Positions 49,873-60,193 of a stretch of DNA of 64,000 nucleotides are shown here, piece by piece. Location of the stretch: positions 32,951-96,950 of the forward strand of contig JBHHVU010000007.1 of assembly GCA_046754465.1 (NCBI GenBank), read 5' to 3'. The position numbers were made by a program, and so were the translations under genes. Below the pieces are notes generated by a model. The model had not been told where the DNA came from, searched no databases, and saw only the letters and a program-made list of their open reading frames with translations. This stretch comes from Nitrospinaceae bacterium (GTDB taxonomy: Bacteria; Nitrospinota; Nitrospinia; Nitrospinales; VA-1). Every line of letters begins with the position of its first letter. The first letter of the stretch is position 1.

Positions 49873-51039
49873 TTACGGGAGCAGATTGTTTTTCAGGGTC
49901 CACCCCCGTTTATCCGTTTCCAGGGTCAATGCTTCGGGACTCAATGCCCTTTCCACGGCAACCGCCCCTTTAGGGAGTTCCCCGCGGGCCGCCAGAATGG
50001 CCACGATGGACGCGTGCCAGCCTGTCAATTTTTCCATGGCCGTAAATCCCGTAACCTCGTCATAGGTTTCCACAAGTTCAATGGTGACCGTGGCCTTTTT
50101 CCCTTCCGTTCTGCCCTGGCACCGGGTCCGGATCACGCAAATGTCGCGAATCCGGTCCGATCGAATTTGTGGTTCCAGCAGGGAGTGAAGAACCTCGCGG
50201 GGAACGATGGGAGTGCCGTTTACGGTTACGGGAGTTTCCTGAAACAACCCCAGTTGTTGAAAGGCCCTGAATTGTTCCCAGTGACCGGGATACCGCAAGG
50301 TTTTATTTTCCAGGCGCTGGAGCTTCCCCTCGAAAGTCCAGGGGGCGGTGGATAATCCGCCGGAAGTGACTGCCGCTTCCAATCTACCCAGGGGAGGAGG
50401 AAAGTCCAGAATTTCCAGTTCCGTCAGGCAAGGCACCGGTGTGACCTTGCCCTGGCGAAGAAACCAGGCGTCGCCGAAATACTCGTTGGTGAGCCCGTTA
50501 ATGTTAAACGTGAGGAGATAGTTCCAGGGTGGTTCCGGGTCTTGCGGAAGGCCCCCATCCCAGATGAACACTTCATCCGGATTCTCAACGCGGGACATGG
50601 CCAGGACCGCCATTGAAATGTTGAGGCCGGGGCCCATTCCACAATCGGGGATGAGAGTCACCCCCGCCTCCTGGGCCGCCCGGTTCAGCCTGAGTTGTTC
50701 CCGGACGGTCTCGGTGTGACCGCCCAGGTCACAGAGGCTGGAACCCGATTCCACCGCCACTCGGCTGATTTGAAGGTTCAAGGAGTAAGGAACGGCGCTC
50801 ACCGCCGCCCGGATTCCCCGAAGCGCTTTCGCCAGTTGGGATGAATCCCTGACGTCCAGGGGCGAACCCTTGAAAACCTCCGTCTGGAGAAGAGAGTTGA
50901 GTTTTTGGGCACCGTTTTCGGCGATTTCGGGATCGATATCGTAAAGGCGGATTTCACTGGCATCGCCAAATCGAGCGATATCGTAGGCGGCGGCCAAACC
51001 CTGCCTTCCCGCCCCCAAAATGGCATAACGGAACCCCAT
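49873..51039 (-). CDS. Saccharopine/lysine dehydrogenase family protein
   Basis: 'ILGAGRQG', 'DLGG', 'PDCGMGPG', 'GGLPQDP.PP' and 'KTLRYPGH'. Confidence 0.9.
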   Translation of the reverse strand: MGFRYAILGAGRQGLAAAYDIARFGDASEIRLYDIDPEIAENGAQKLNSLLQTEVFKGSPLDVRDSSQLAKALRGIRAAVSAVPYSLNLQISRVAVESGSSLCDLGGHTETVREQLRLNRAAQEAGVTLIPDCGMGPGLNISMAVLAMSRVENPDEVFIWDGGLPQDPEPPWNYLLTFNINGLTNEYFGDAWFLRQGKVTPVPCLTELEILDFPPPLGRLEAAVTSGGLSTAPWTFEGKLQRLENKTLRYPGHWEQFRAFQQLGLFQETPVTVNGTPIVPREVLHSLLEPQIRSDRIRDICVIRTRCQGRTEGKKATVTIELVETYDEVTGFTAMEKLTGWHASIVAILAARGELPKGAVAVERALSPEALTLETDKRGWTLKNNLLP

Positions 51040-51121
51040 CGATCACCGGAACTTCAGGAAATGTATCATTTCATCAGGGAGGATTATAACATCATTCCGA
51101 GGCCGCCTGGAGGGGGAAGGA

Positions 51122-51670
51122 TCAATCCAGGAGCACAAGCCCGATGTTGCAGTCAGTGGCACAGGGATGTATGGGACTCAGGTCGCCCCATCCGTTTTTT
51201 AACACGGTACCCTGCATATCGATGCCGCAGGCTTGCACGGTGGGCCGGGTTTTTTCGGGGAATTTGCATTGGGTGTCCAGGGTGCACACCTCGCACAGGT
51301 CGCAGGGATGGGAACACAGGGCAAAGGCTTTATAAAATCCCTTTGATTTGAACTTTTCCTCCAACCCAACCACCAAATTCAATAAATGGGAGTCCTGCCC
51401 CGTAAGAATGAGCAGAGCCTTATGGTAATCCAGAAGAATATCCGCCATCTCATCGGAGGTGGGAGTGTGGGGGGGGCAGGTATAAAGTTTTCCATAAAAG
51501 GGGCAGCCGTACTGACATTGAAGCTTGACCCAATGTCCCAGCACAATCGTTTTGGTCAAGATCACCTTAGCCCGGATACAACCCGAATTCAGCGCATCTT
51601 GAATGACTTCCTTATTGGTCCGAATACTCAGTGGAAGTTGTCGGATATTGGAAGTTTCGGTGATGGTCAT
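51122..51670 (-). CDS. DUF2284 Cys-rich metal-binding protein
   Basis: 'CQYGCPFYG..YTCPP', 'PCDLCEVC' and 'CKFPEKTRP...CGID'. Confidence 0.85.
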   Translation of the reverse strand: MTITETSNIRQLPLSIRTNKEVIQDALNSGCIRAKVILTKTIVLGHWVKLQCQYGCPFYGKLYTCPPHTPTSDEMADILLDYHKALLILTGQDSHLLNLVVGLEEKFKSKGFYKAFALCSHPCDLCEVCTLDTQCKFPEKTRPTVQACGIDMQGTVLKNGWGDLSPIHPCATDCNIGLVLLD

Positions 51671-52003
51671 GATGATTTTTGGATCAAAGCCATCTTTTTT
51701 AAGGAGAGTCCATTGTTCTGGAAGGATTAAAAAGGGAGTCCTGTATTCCTGAATAAAAGATGTTTGAACCTAGCTTTCTTTCCCTTTCTTTGTGATAGTA
51801 TGATTTATTTCAGAAGCGGGCAAGAAACATCAAGGAAAGGCATCAAAATAAATAGGCACTTTGCCAATTTTTTTCTGTGATAAGGCGGCATGAGGGCGTT
51901 CAATTTATGGAAGTAATTGATATCAAATCGATTAGAGTAATGGTTCCCGGGTTTTTCATCCCGCGGACCGGGGTAAAAAAATACAAAAACAACATCTTGA
52001 AAA

Positions 52004-52732
52004 ATGGATATTTCCATTAAAGCCGTAATCTTCGATTGGGCATGGACGCTGGTCGACCTGGTGGATGAGGACGACCGGCGGCCCTTTTCCCGCATATTCG
52101 AGTTTCTTCGGGACCGGGGGATCCTGCTTCCCGATTTTGACGAGTGTTACCGGACCTATCAGGAACTGTTTTATCCTATGATCCACGATTCTCAAGAAAC
52201 ATGCAGGGAGGCCTGTTTTGAGTTTGTCCTCAATTTTTTACTGTGCCGGTATTCGATCGATATCTCGGGCAAAACCACCGTCCGGGAGATTCTCATGGCG
52301 TATTACAAGGAAGTTTACTCGGTACGCAAAGTGTTTCCCGATTCCATTCCGACGTTGAAGGCGCTTCAGGCTTCGGGAATCCGCATGGGCATCATATCCA
52401 ATACCACCAACCCGGGGTTCATGAAAGATTATGAGCGGGAGCAAATGGGATTGGACCCCTTCTTCGAATTCTCAATTTATTCATCCGAATTCCCGTATCG
52501 CAAACCCCATGCCTCCATTTTTCGCCTGGCGATCGCGAAATTAGGTCTGTTGCCGAAGGAAATTTTTTATGTCGGGGACAGTCTTCACAACGATGTTGCG
52601 GGAGCCCAGGGAGTGGGGATGCTGGCGGCGTGGCTCAACCGGGACCAATCGGCTCTTTCCGGGCCCATCGTTCCGGATTTCCAGTTCCAGACCCTGACCG
52701 ACCTGTTGGACCTTATCCCCATTGAAGTTTGA
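52004..52732 (+). CDS. HAD-family hydrolase
   Basis: 'VIFDWAWTL', 'IISN', 'RKP' and 'VGDSLHNDVAGA'. Confidence 0.9.
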   Translation: MDISIKAVIFDWAWTLVDLVDEDDRRPFSRIFEFLRDRGILLPDFDECYRTYQELFYPMIHDSQETCREACFEFVLNFLLCRYSIDISGKTTVREILMAYYKEVYSVRKVFPDSIPTLKALQASGIRMGIISNTTNPGFMKDYEREQMGLDPFFEFSIYSSEFPYRKPHASIFRLAIAKLGLLPKEIFYVGDSLHNDVAGAQGVGMLAAWLNRDQSALSGPIVPDFQFQTLTDLLDLIPIEV

Positions 52733-52741
52733 TCGGAATCC

Positions 52742-53479
52742 ATGCACCGGTTTTTCACGTTGCCTGAAAATATTACCGGGGAGGACGTGGCTTTGCGCGG
52801 ACCCGACGTGGTCCATATCCGCACCGTTCTGAGATTGCGTTGCGGGGACAGGATCCATGTCCTAGACGGCCGGGGCAGCCGGTACACGGTTCGGCTGACC
52901 CAGGTCGGTAAAAAGGAAATCACCGGTAAAATCGAATCCAGGGAAGCCGTTCTCTCGGAATCCCCGATCGAGATCCACATGGGGCAGGCGCTCATCAAAG
53001 GCAACAAATTTGACATGATTCTCCGGAAATCGGTGGAACTGGGTATCTTTTCCATGGCACCGGTCCGGACCGAGCGTTGCGTGGTTAAAATGCTGCGGAC
53101 CGAGGCGGTGAAAAAAATCGTCCGATGGGAGACGATTGCCCGTTCCGCCGCCAGGCAATCCGGCCGCACCGTCATTCCCCGTGTGGAACCCCACATCCTC
53201 TCCGTGGACAGTTTTTGCCGGGAAAAGGAGGATATCGACCTCAAACTGATCTTTTGGGAAGGAGAAGAAAAGCGGCGATTGAACCACCTGGAAACGCCCC
53301 ATCCCCTCCGGCACATCGCATTTCTGACCGGTCCGGAGGGAGGGTTTACCGAGGCTGAAATCCATACTGCTGAAAAATACGGTTTCCTCCCCTTGAGCCT
53401 GGGGCCGCGAATCCTGCGCGCCGAAACCGCTCCCATCGCCGTTTTGGCCCTCCTGCAACACCGCTGGGGTGATCTTTGA
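52742..53479 (+). CDS. rsmE: 16S rRNA m3U1498 methyltransferase
   Basis: 'HIRTVLRL', 'KSVELG', 'GPEGGF' and 'SLGPRILRAETA'. Confidence 0.95.
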   Translation: MHRFFTLPENITGEDVALRGPDVVHIRTVLRLRCGDRIHVLDGRGSRYTVRLTQVGKKEITGKIESREAVLSESPIEIHMGQALIKGNKFDMILRKSVELGIFSMAPVRTERCVVKMLRTEAVKKIVRWETIARSAARQSGRTVIPRVEPHILSVDSFCREKEDIDLKLIFWEGEEKRRLNHLETPHPLRHIAFLTGPEGGFTEAEIHTAEKYGFLPLSLGPRILRAETAPIAVLALLQHRWGDL

Positions 53480-53673
53480 ATAAGGGGAAAAAAACGCTGA
53501 ATTGGGTTTTTTAAGGAGTGAAGGAATGGTAAATTTGCTGGGAACGGATAAACTGTTCCAGGGAATTTCCGTGTTCCCCCATTATCCATGCTTAGAAAAT
53601 TTTCCGCGGAATGAAGGTGCCGGCCCATCCTTCAAGGCTGAGCGCCCGGGAATCCCATGGAAATGTTGAAATC

Positions 53674-54450
53674 ATGAACTATCAATGCAAACTGGACATA
53701 TTCGAAGGCCCCCTGGATTTGCTCCTCCACCTGATCAAGGAGCAGAAAATGGACATTTACGATATTCCCATCGCCCAAATTACCCGGCAATATATGGAAT
53801 ATCTTGACGTCATGCAGGACCTTAATCTAGAGGTCGCGGGGGAATACCTGATCTTGGCGGCGGAGCTGACGCGTATTAAATCCAAGGTTCTCCTTCCGGT
53901 TCAGGAACCGGAATCAGAAGAAGAGGGTCAGGACCCCCGGGAGGATCTGGTGCGCCGCCTCCTGGAATATCAGCGTTACAAGGATGCCGCCTTCCAATTG
54001 AGAAAACGGGAATATGAACGCCAGCAGATTTTTGTCCGAGGTGCAGAACTGGAAATTGAGGAGTCCGGCGAAAAGGAAATTCTCGTTGAAGCGAGCGTCT
54101 TCGATCTGCTCAACGCTTTTCAGAATATTCTCCGGAACAGGGAATTCAAAAAAAATTATGAAATCAAAATCAGCACCACGTCCGTATCGGACCGGATCAC
54201 CCACATCCTGGAAATCCTTAACGCCACCGAAAGCGTCACTTTCGAATCCCTGTTCACCGTCCTCAATACCAAACAAGAGGTGATCGTGACTTTTCTGGCT
54301 CTCCTGGAATTGATTCGCCTGAAACTCGTGCGCATCCAGCAGATGAAACATTTCGACTCGATCCGACTTTACCGCTCCACGGACTGGGAGACCCAGGAAG
54401 AAGTGTTGCGTCAATACCATGCCTCCCCGGAGGATGAAAATGAGCGGTGA
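53674..54450 (+). CDS. scpA: Segregation and condensation protein A
   Basis: 'FEGPLDLLLHLI', 'IKSKVLLP', 'DPREDLVRRLLEY' and 'TFLALLEL'. Confidence 0.95.
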   Translation: MNYQCKLDIFEGPLDLLLHLIKEQKMDIYDIPIAQITRQYMEYLDVMQDLNLEVAGEYLILAAELTRIKSKVLLPVQEPESEEEGQDPREDLVRRLLEYQRYKDAAFQLRKREYERQQIFVRGAELEIEESGEKEILVEASVFDLLNAFQNILRNREFKKNYEIKISTTSVSDRITHILEILNATESVTFESLFTVLNTKQEVIVTFLALLELIRLKLVRIQQMKHFDSIRLYRSTDWETQEEVLRQYHASPEDENER

Positions 54451-54524
54451 AGTTGGAAAAACGGAAATTCGCGGGTGGGTTCCAGCGGACCTTCCGTTCT
54501 TCCCGGGATAACCAATGTCGGTAA

Positions 54525-54944
54525 ATGGCTGAAGACCGCTGGGAACATTTCCCGCATGAAGCGGACATAGGAATCCGCGGCCATGGCGGCACCCTGGAAG
54601 GGGCCTTTGAACAGGCCGCCCGGGCTCTCACCGCGGTGGTCACCCGGGAAAAGGTCGCGCCGGAAATGTCCGTGAATATCCACTGCGAGGCCCCCGATCC
54701 CGAACTCCTGTTCGTGGACTGGTTGAATGCCCTGATTTTTGAGATGGCTACCCGTAACATGCTCTTCAGCCGCTTTGAAGTGAAAATCGAAAACCACCGG
54801 CTCACCGGCCTTGCCTGGGGGGAAGCAGTGGACGTGGTACGCCATCAGCCCGCAGTCGAGGTCAAGGGAGCCACCTTTACCGAACTGGCGGTACATGGGG
54901 AAGCCGGGGCGGGGTGGGTGGCCCAGTGCGTGGTGGATGTCTGA
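54525..54944 (+). CDS. Archease
   Basis: 'WEHFPHEADIGIRG', 'EVKGATF' and C-terminal 'VVDV'. Confidence 0.92.
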   Translation: MAEDRWEHFPHEADIGIRGHGGTLEGAFEQAARALTAVVTREKVAPEMSVNIHCEAPDPELLFVDWLNALIFEMATRNMLFSRFEVKIENHRLTGLAWGEAVDVVRHQPAVEVKGATFTELAVHGEAGAGWVAQCVVDV

Positions 54945-54969
54945 ACCTTTTTAAAAGGTGGGACGGGTC

Positions 54970-56400
54970 ATGGATTTGTCCTTATTCAAACGGCGGTCGG
55001 AATTTGAGTGGGTTATCGAACCTTTCGGCAAAATGAGGGTCCCGGCGGTCATTTACGCCAGCGAAGCCCTCATCCGGGAAATGGACCTCAAGGTCCATGA
55101 ACAAGTGACCCATGTCGCCACCCTGCCGGGAATACAGAAGGCGGCCTACGCCATGCCCGACGCGCATTGGGGGTATGGATTCCCCATCGGCGGTGTGGCG
55201 GCCTTCGACCCGGAACAGGAGGGGGTCATCTCGGCGGGGGGCGTGGGATTTGACATCTCATGCGGTGTCCGCACCTTGCTTACGGGATTGACGCGGGAAG
55301 AGATCGAACCGGTGAAACGTCCACTGGCCGAAGCTCTTTCCCGCAAAGTGCCCGCGGGGGTGGGCAGCCGGGGAAAATTGAGCTTGAACGAGACGGAAAT
55401 GGTGGCCATGCTTGCTGGCGGGGCCAAATGGGCCGTCAGCCGGGGGTTCGGCTCCCGGACGGATCTGGATTTCATCGAGGAACGCGGATGTATGGACGGG
55501 GCCGTTCCGGAAGAGGTCTCTCACCAGGCCAGGAAGCGGCAGACCCATGAAATGGGAACCCTGGGTTCCGGGAACCATTACCTGGAAATCCAGGAAGTCG
55601 TGCGGGTGTTTGATCCCGCCATCGCGGAGGCGTTTCATTTGCGCGAGGGCGATATCGTCCTGACCTTGCATTGCGGGTCGCGCGGACTGGGACATCAGAT
55701 CGGCACCGAATTTTTAAAAAGCATGGTGCTGGCTTCCTCGCGGCATGGAATCGAACTTCCCGACCGTGAACTGGCCTGCGCGCCGATTCATTCCGAGTTG
55801 GGAAGGGCATATCTGGGTGCGATGCGCGGCGCCATGAATTGCGCCATGGCCAACCGGCAAATCATCACCCATCTGGTTCGTGAAACTTTTCATGAAGTCC
55901 TGCCCCGGGCCGAACTGGACCTGTTGTACGACGTTTCCCACAATACCTGTAAAATAGAGACCCATGAAATCGACGGTCAACCCCGCCGGCTTTTTGTTCA
56001 TCGAAAAGGCGCGACCCGGGCGTTTGGGCCGGGCCATCCCGATGTTTGCGAACCCTACCGGGCTTTCGGCCAGCCGGTTTTGATCGGCGGGACCATGGGG
56101 ACGGCATCCTATATACTTACGGGAACGGAACAAAGCATGGGACTTGCTTTTGGATCCGCCGTTCACGGCGCCGGACGCAGCATGAGCCGGCATAAGGCGG
56201 CCAAACAATGGCGCGGCCGCCAAGTGATCGACGAAATGGCGGAAAAGGGCATCATTATACGTAGCCCATCCAGGAGGGGCGTTGCCGAGGAAGCGCCCGG
56301 CGCTTATAAAAATGTGAGCGCCGTCGTGGAAGCTGCGGATCAGGCCGGTCTCGCCCGCAAAATCGCGAAACTTCGCCCCTTGATTTGTATCAAGGGATGA
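54970..56400 (+). CDS. rtcB: RtcB RNA ligase (archease-associated type)
   Basis: 'MPDAHWGYGFPIG', 'GFDISCG', 'GTLGSGNHYLE', 'HCGSRG', 'DVSHN', 'HRKGA', 'HGAGR' and C-terminal KG. Confidence 0.96.
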   Translation: MDLSLFKRRSEFEWVIEPFGKMRVPAVIYASEALIREMDLKVHEQVTHVATLPGIQKAAYAMPDAHWGYGFPIGGVAAFDPEQEGVISAGGVGFDISCGVRTLLTGLTREEIEPVKRPLAEALSRKVPAGVGSRGKLSLNETEMVAMLAGGAKWAVSRGFGSRTDLDFIEERGCMDGAVPEEVSHQARKRQTHEMGTLGSGNHYLEIQEVVRVFDPAIAEAFHLREGDIVLTLHCGSRGLGHQIGTEFLKSMVLASSRHGIELPDRELACAPIHSELGRAYLGAMRGAMNCAMANRQIITHLVRETFHEVLPRAELDLLYDVSHNTCKIETHEIDGQPRRLFVHRKGATRAFGPGHPDVCEPYRAFGQPVLIGGTMGTASYILTGTEQSMGLAFGSAVHGAGRSMSRHKAAKQWRGRQVIDEMAEKGIIIRSPSRRGVAEEAPGAYKNVSAVVEAADQAGLARKIAKLRPLICIKG

Positions 56401-56444
56401 ATCGAAAATAGAATCCATTTCATCAAACAAATCTCACATTTAAG

Positions 56445-56460
56445 TGTGATTTTAATCACA
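56445..56460. promoter_or_regulatory. Crp/Fnr-family binding palindrome
   Basis: TGTGA-TTTTAA-TCACA, the exact CRP core TGTGA-N6-TCACA. Confidence 0.65.
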
Positions 56461-56606
56461 AATTTGACTATAATAATGGTTGCAAATTGCCGCAGGGAGG
56501 GGTAAATTGCAAGTGTGTCAGGAACATTGGAGGTGTACATTTTGCAATTTCCAAATTAACAGGGAGGGTCCAAAGCAGACATTTACCGGGGTACCGGTTC
56601 GAGAAT

Positions 56607-56635
56607 TTGACATTACTAGTTGAAACTTTTAGACT
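56607..56635 (+). promoter_or_regulatory. Sigma70 promoter
   Basis: TTGACA-17 bp-TAGACT upstream of the lipoprotein gene. Confidence 0.6.
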
Positions 56636-56695
56636 TATTGTTATTGAGTGACAGGTTGTTAAGGAACCAACCCATTCACCCCTAAGGAGGCGGCA

Positions 56696-57091
56696 ATGTT
56701 AAAAAGAGTTTTGTTATTTTTCACTTTGACTTCCCTGATTTTAACCGGTTGCGCCAGCCGGACTGGATGGACGCCCACCGTTGACCCTTATAACGATCCC
56801 AATGCGGCTTATATCGAACGCGATAAGATGGAATGTCGTCAACTGGCCAAGCAGGCGTCTGGCGATACTGCGATGGAAACCGGTAAAGGGGCCTTGATCG
56901 GTGGTGCCTTGGGTGCTGCCGCCGGTGCGGCCATTGGCGCGGCTGTCGGTTCCCCAGGTAGAGGTGCGGCCATTGGCGCCGCGGCAGGAGGTATTGGCGG
57001 TGGCGCGCATGAGGGGTTCGGGGCGGAAGATCAATACAAACGAACCTACCTCAATTGTATGCGGAACCGTGGACATAATGTGATCAACTGA
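56696..57091 (+). CDS. Glycine-zipper lipoprotein, copy 1
   Basis: Lipobox LTGC; GxxxG/A zipper; Cys pair; AGGAGG RBS. Confidence 0.88.
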   Translation: MLKRVLLFFTLTSLILTGCASRTGWTPTVDPYNDPNAAYIERDKMECRQLAKQASGDTAMETGKGALIGGALGAAAGAAIGAAVGSPGRGAAIGAAAGGIGGGAHEGFGAEDQYKRTYLNCMRNRGHNVIN

Positions 57092-57363
57092 TCCCTGACG
57101 TTTGTTCTCTTTCAAAATATTCCGATGTCAGGGGATATGTCCCCGGGTTCTCGCGGGAAAAACTTATAAAGGTGGATTCGGATATTCCATATCGATATTT
57201 GAGCCGTTCTTTATATAATTTTAAATGGATCCCCCTTTTTTACATCCTTCTTTTTATTCGTGGAGGATAATATGGATTGCAGGCCTGAAACAGATTTTCC
57301 TATTCCCTTGCACCGGCTTGCCGGGCAAGGGAAAACTGGGACTTTCCAGGAAAGGAGTGGACG

Positions 57364-57759
57364 ATGATTACCAGAATCTGGTTATTGTCCTTGGTGGTTG
57401 CCTTGGTGTTTACCGGATGCGCCAGCCAGACAGGCTGGACTCCCACGGTAGATCCGTACAATGATCCCAATGCGGCTAACATTGAGCGGGATAAATATGA
57501 ATGCCGCCAATTGGCCAAACAAGCCTCTGGAGACACGGCGACGGAGACCGGCAAGGGCGCGTTGGTTGGCGGTGCTTTGGGCGCTGCGGCGGGAGCGGCC
57601 ATCGGCGCGGTGACGGGCTCCCCCGGTAAAGGGGCGGCCATCGGTGCCGCAGCGGGTGGTTTGGGTGGTGCCGCGCATCAGGGATTCGGGGCCGAGGGCC
57701 AATTCAAGCAGAGCTACGTCAACTGCTTGCGGAACCGGGGACATAACGTCATCAATTGA
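57364..57759 (+). CDS. Glycine-zipper lipoprotein, copy 2
   Basis: Lipobox FTGC; same length as, and highly similar to, copy 1. Confidence 0.88.
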   Translation: MITRIWLLSLVVALVFTGCASQTGWTPTVDPYNDPNAANIERDKYECRQLAKQASGDTATETGKGALVGGALGAAAGAAIGAVTGSPGKGAAIGAAAGGLGGAAHQGFGAEGQFKQSYVNCLRNRGHNVIN

Positions 57760-57816
57760 TCCGCGGAGAGACTTCTTCACGGCGGCATGGCCCTGAAGGT
57801 TTTTGGATGAACGGGG

Positions 57817-57850
57817 AGCCGGGATTTTTTTTGAATCCCGGCTTTTTGTT
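57817..57850 (+). terminator. Rho-independent terminator
   Basis: AGCCGGGATT...AATCCCGGCT followed by a T-run. Confidence 0.75.
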
Positions 57851-58135
57851 TACCTCATTGAAAATAAGCTGATTACTTGGAATCAGGGTCCTCCCGGCCC
57901 CCCGATTGTCTCTTCCATCCCGTCTTTTTTTGTTCCCCCCTTGTTGCCTCCGGATCTCCTTTTTCTGGAACACGGCTCCTTTCCCCCGGTTCCCTGGTTC
58001 TCCTAAATTGCCTGATTGGACTATGAGGGTTAATTCCTGGAACGAGGCAAGCGGTGATTCCTGTTGGAAACTTCAGGTTTATATAATAAAATTTCAGGAG
58101 TACAGTTGCCAGGTCATGTTCCCCTTGGAATCTTT

Positions 58136-58834
58136 ATGATCAAACAGATTAAAGAAGACGTCCGGATTGCCATCGAAAAAGACCCCGCCGCGCGGAATAT
58201 CCTGGAGGTGTTGATATGCTATCCCGGAGTGCATGCCTTGGTCGCTTATCGGTTTGCCCATTGGTTGTGGGATCATGACCTGAAATTTTTGGGACGGCTG
58301 CTTTCTTATTTTGTCCGGTGGATTACCGGAATCGAAATTCATCCCGCCGCGAAGATCGGCCGCCGGTTCTTTATCGATCACGGAATGGGGGTGGTGATCG
58401 GCGAGACCTCGGAAATCGGGGACAATGTCTTCATATATCATGGCGTTACCCTGGGGGGGCTGAGCATGAAAAAGGGAAAGCGCCACCCCACCATTGGGGA
58501 TAACGTGGTGATTGGCGCGGGAGCCCAGGTCCTGGGACCGGTAAAGATAGGCAACAATACCAAAATCGGATCGGGTTCCGTAGTTCTCCAGCATGTTCCG
58601 GAGTATTCGACGGTGATCGGGGTACCCGGCCGTGTGGTCTTTTCGGGAGTGTCCTCGGAACAGGAGGATGAGGACGGACCGGAAACGTTCCCCGATCCGG
58701 TGGCCAAGGCGATCGAATGCATGCTGGAACGGCTCCCGAAAATGGAAAAGGAAATTCGAGCCTTGAAGGAAGCCCTGAAAGAGCAGAAAGCCTCCTTGCC
58801 CGATCCCGTTCCCCTGAAAAACCCGGAAGATTGA
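58136..58834 (+). CDS. cysE: Serine O-acetyltransferase
   Basis: 'DPAARN', 'TGIEIHPAA', '[13 protein letters not shown]' and 'KRHPTIG'. Confidence 0.96.
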   Translation: MIKQIKEDVRIAIEKDPAARNILEVLICYPGVHALVAYRFAHWLWDHDLKFLGRLLSYFVRWITGIEIHPAAKIGRRFFIDHGMGVVIGETSEIGDNVFIYHGVTLGGLSMKKGKRHPTIGDNVVIGAGAQVLGPVKIGNNTKIGSGSVVLQHVPEYSTVIGVPGRVVFSGVSSEQEDEDGPETFPDPVAKAIECMLERLPKMEKEIRALKEALKEQKASLPDPVPLKNPED

Positions 58835-58864
58835 GATCATTTTGCGTTTCTCCAAAGGTTTCCC

Positions 58865-60028
58865 TTGAAAAAGATTTATCTGGATCATAACGCCACGACT
58901 CCCCTGGACCCGCGGGTTTTAGAGGTCATGCTTCCCCTGTTGCGGGATGAGTTTGGGAATCCTTCCAGCGTTCATTCCGAGGGGAGGCGGGTGCGCGTGA
59001 AAATGGACGAAGCGCGCGAACAGGTCGCCGAATTGATCGGTGCCCATCCTGGGGAAATTGTATTCACCAGCGGGGGCACCGAATCCGACAACTTTGCCAT
59101 CTTGGGAGCCGCCCTGGCTCTCAAGGACAAGGGCCGTCATATCATCACCAGCCGGATCGAGCATCCGGCGGTGCTCAACCCCTGCCGTCAACTGGAACGG
59201 CTGGGATTCCACGTGGACCGGTTGGAGGTGGACCCCCGGGGCCGTGTCGACTCGGCGGCTGTCCGGAACGCCATCGGCGAATCCACCATTTTGATCACGA
59301 TTCAGCATGCCAACAACGAGGTCGGGACCCTGCAGGATATTCGCGGGATCGGCGAAATCGCCCGCGGGCGGGGTGTGCTTTTTCATACCGACGCCGTGCA
59401 GAGCGTTGGCAAGATGGCGGTTAATGTCAGGGAGCTCCCGGTGGACCTGCTCTCCTTTTCCGCGCATAAGTTTTATGGACCCAAGGGGACGGGAGCGTTG
59501 TATATTAAAAAAGGATGTCCCGGCCTTTTTCCCCTGATCAGTGGGGGCGGCCAGGAGAAAAAAAGGCGCGGCGGCACGGAAAACGCCGCCGGGATCATCG
59601 GATTCGGTAAAGCGTGCGAGCTGGCCCGAACAGGGTTGGAGTCGGGGGAACCCTCCTTCCTTGAGGGTTTGCGCTCCCGGTTCTACCGCCGCATCCTCGA
59701 ATCCCTTGCGGATGTGGAGTTGTTTGGAGATCGGGACCGTCGGCTTCCCAATACCCTGAATCTGTCATTTGAAGGAGCGGACGGCGAGACCCTGCTGATC
59801 GGTCTGGATATGGAAGGCATCGCCGTTTCCACCGGCTCGGCTTGCAGTTCCGGTTCCGCCTTGCCCTCTCACGTTCTAACGGCCATGAAAGTTTCCGGGG
59901 AACGCATCAACGCTTCCTTGAGAATCAGCCTGGGGCGGGGCAACACGCCCGCGGAGATGGATCGTGTTTCGGAAACGCTGATCCGCCTGGTTAAAATCAA
60001 CCGGAAGAGGACCGCGGCCCCCCGGTAA
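58865..60028 (+). CDS. Cysteine desulfurase (IscS/NifS family)
   Basis: 'YLDHNATTP', 'FGNPSS', 'SAHKFYGPKG' and 'STGSACSSG'. Confidence 0.95.
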   Translation: MKKIYLDHNATTPLDPRVLEVMLPLLRDEFGNPSSVHSEGRRVRVKMDEAREQVAELIGAHPGEIVFTSGGTESDNFAILGAALALKDKGRHIITSRIEHPAVLNPCRQLERLGFHVDRLEVDPRGRVDSAAVRNAIGESTILITIQHANNEVGTLQDIRGIGEIARGRGVLFHTDAVQSVGKMAVNVRELPVDLLSFSAHKFYGPKGTGALYIKKGCPGLFPLISGGGQEKKRRGGTENAAGIIGFGKACELARTGLESGEPSFLEGLRSRFYRRILESLADVELFGDRDRRLPNTLNLSFEGADGETLLIGLDMEGIAVSTGSACSSGSALPSHVLTAMKVSGERINASLRISLGRGNTPAEMDRVSETLIRLVKINRKRTAAPR

Positions 60029-60113
60029 ATCCCGCTTTTGAATACTTTGATTAAATTATCTTTAATGGTTTTGGAAAGTTAACAAATTTTATGAAAGGCT
60101 CATTTTATTTGTG

Positions 60114-60142
60114 TTGACATCCCCTGGCCAAGTCAATATAAT
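60114..60142 (+). promoter_or_regulatory. Consensus sigma70 promoter
   Basis: TTGACA-17 bp-TATAAT. Confidence 0.8.
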
Positions 60143-60193
60143 CCCTTGATAATAAAGGGATATTCAAGGGTTTTCTATTTTGTTGGAGATATT

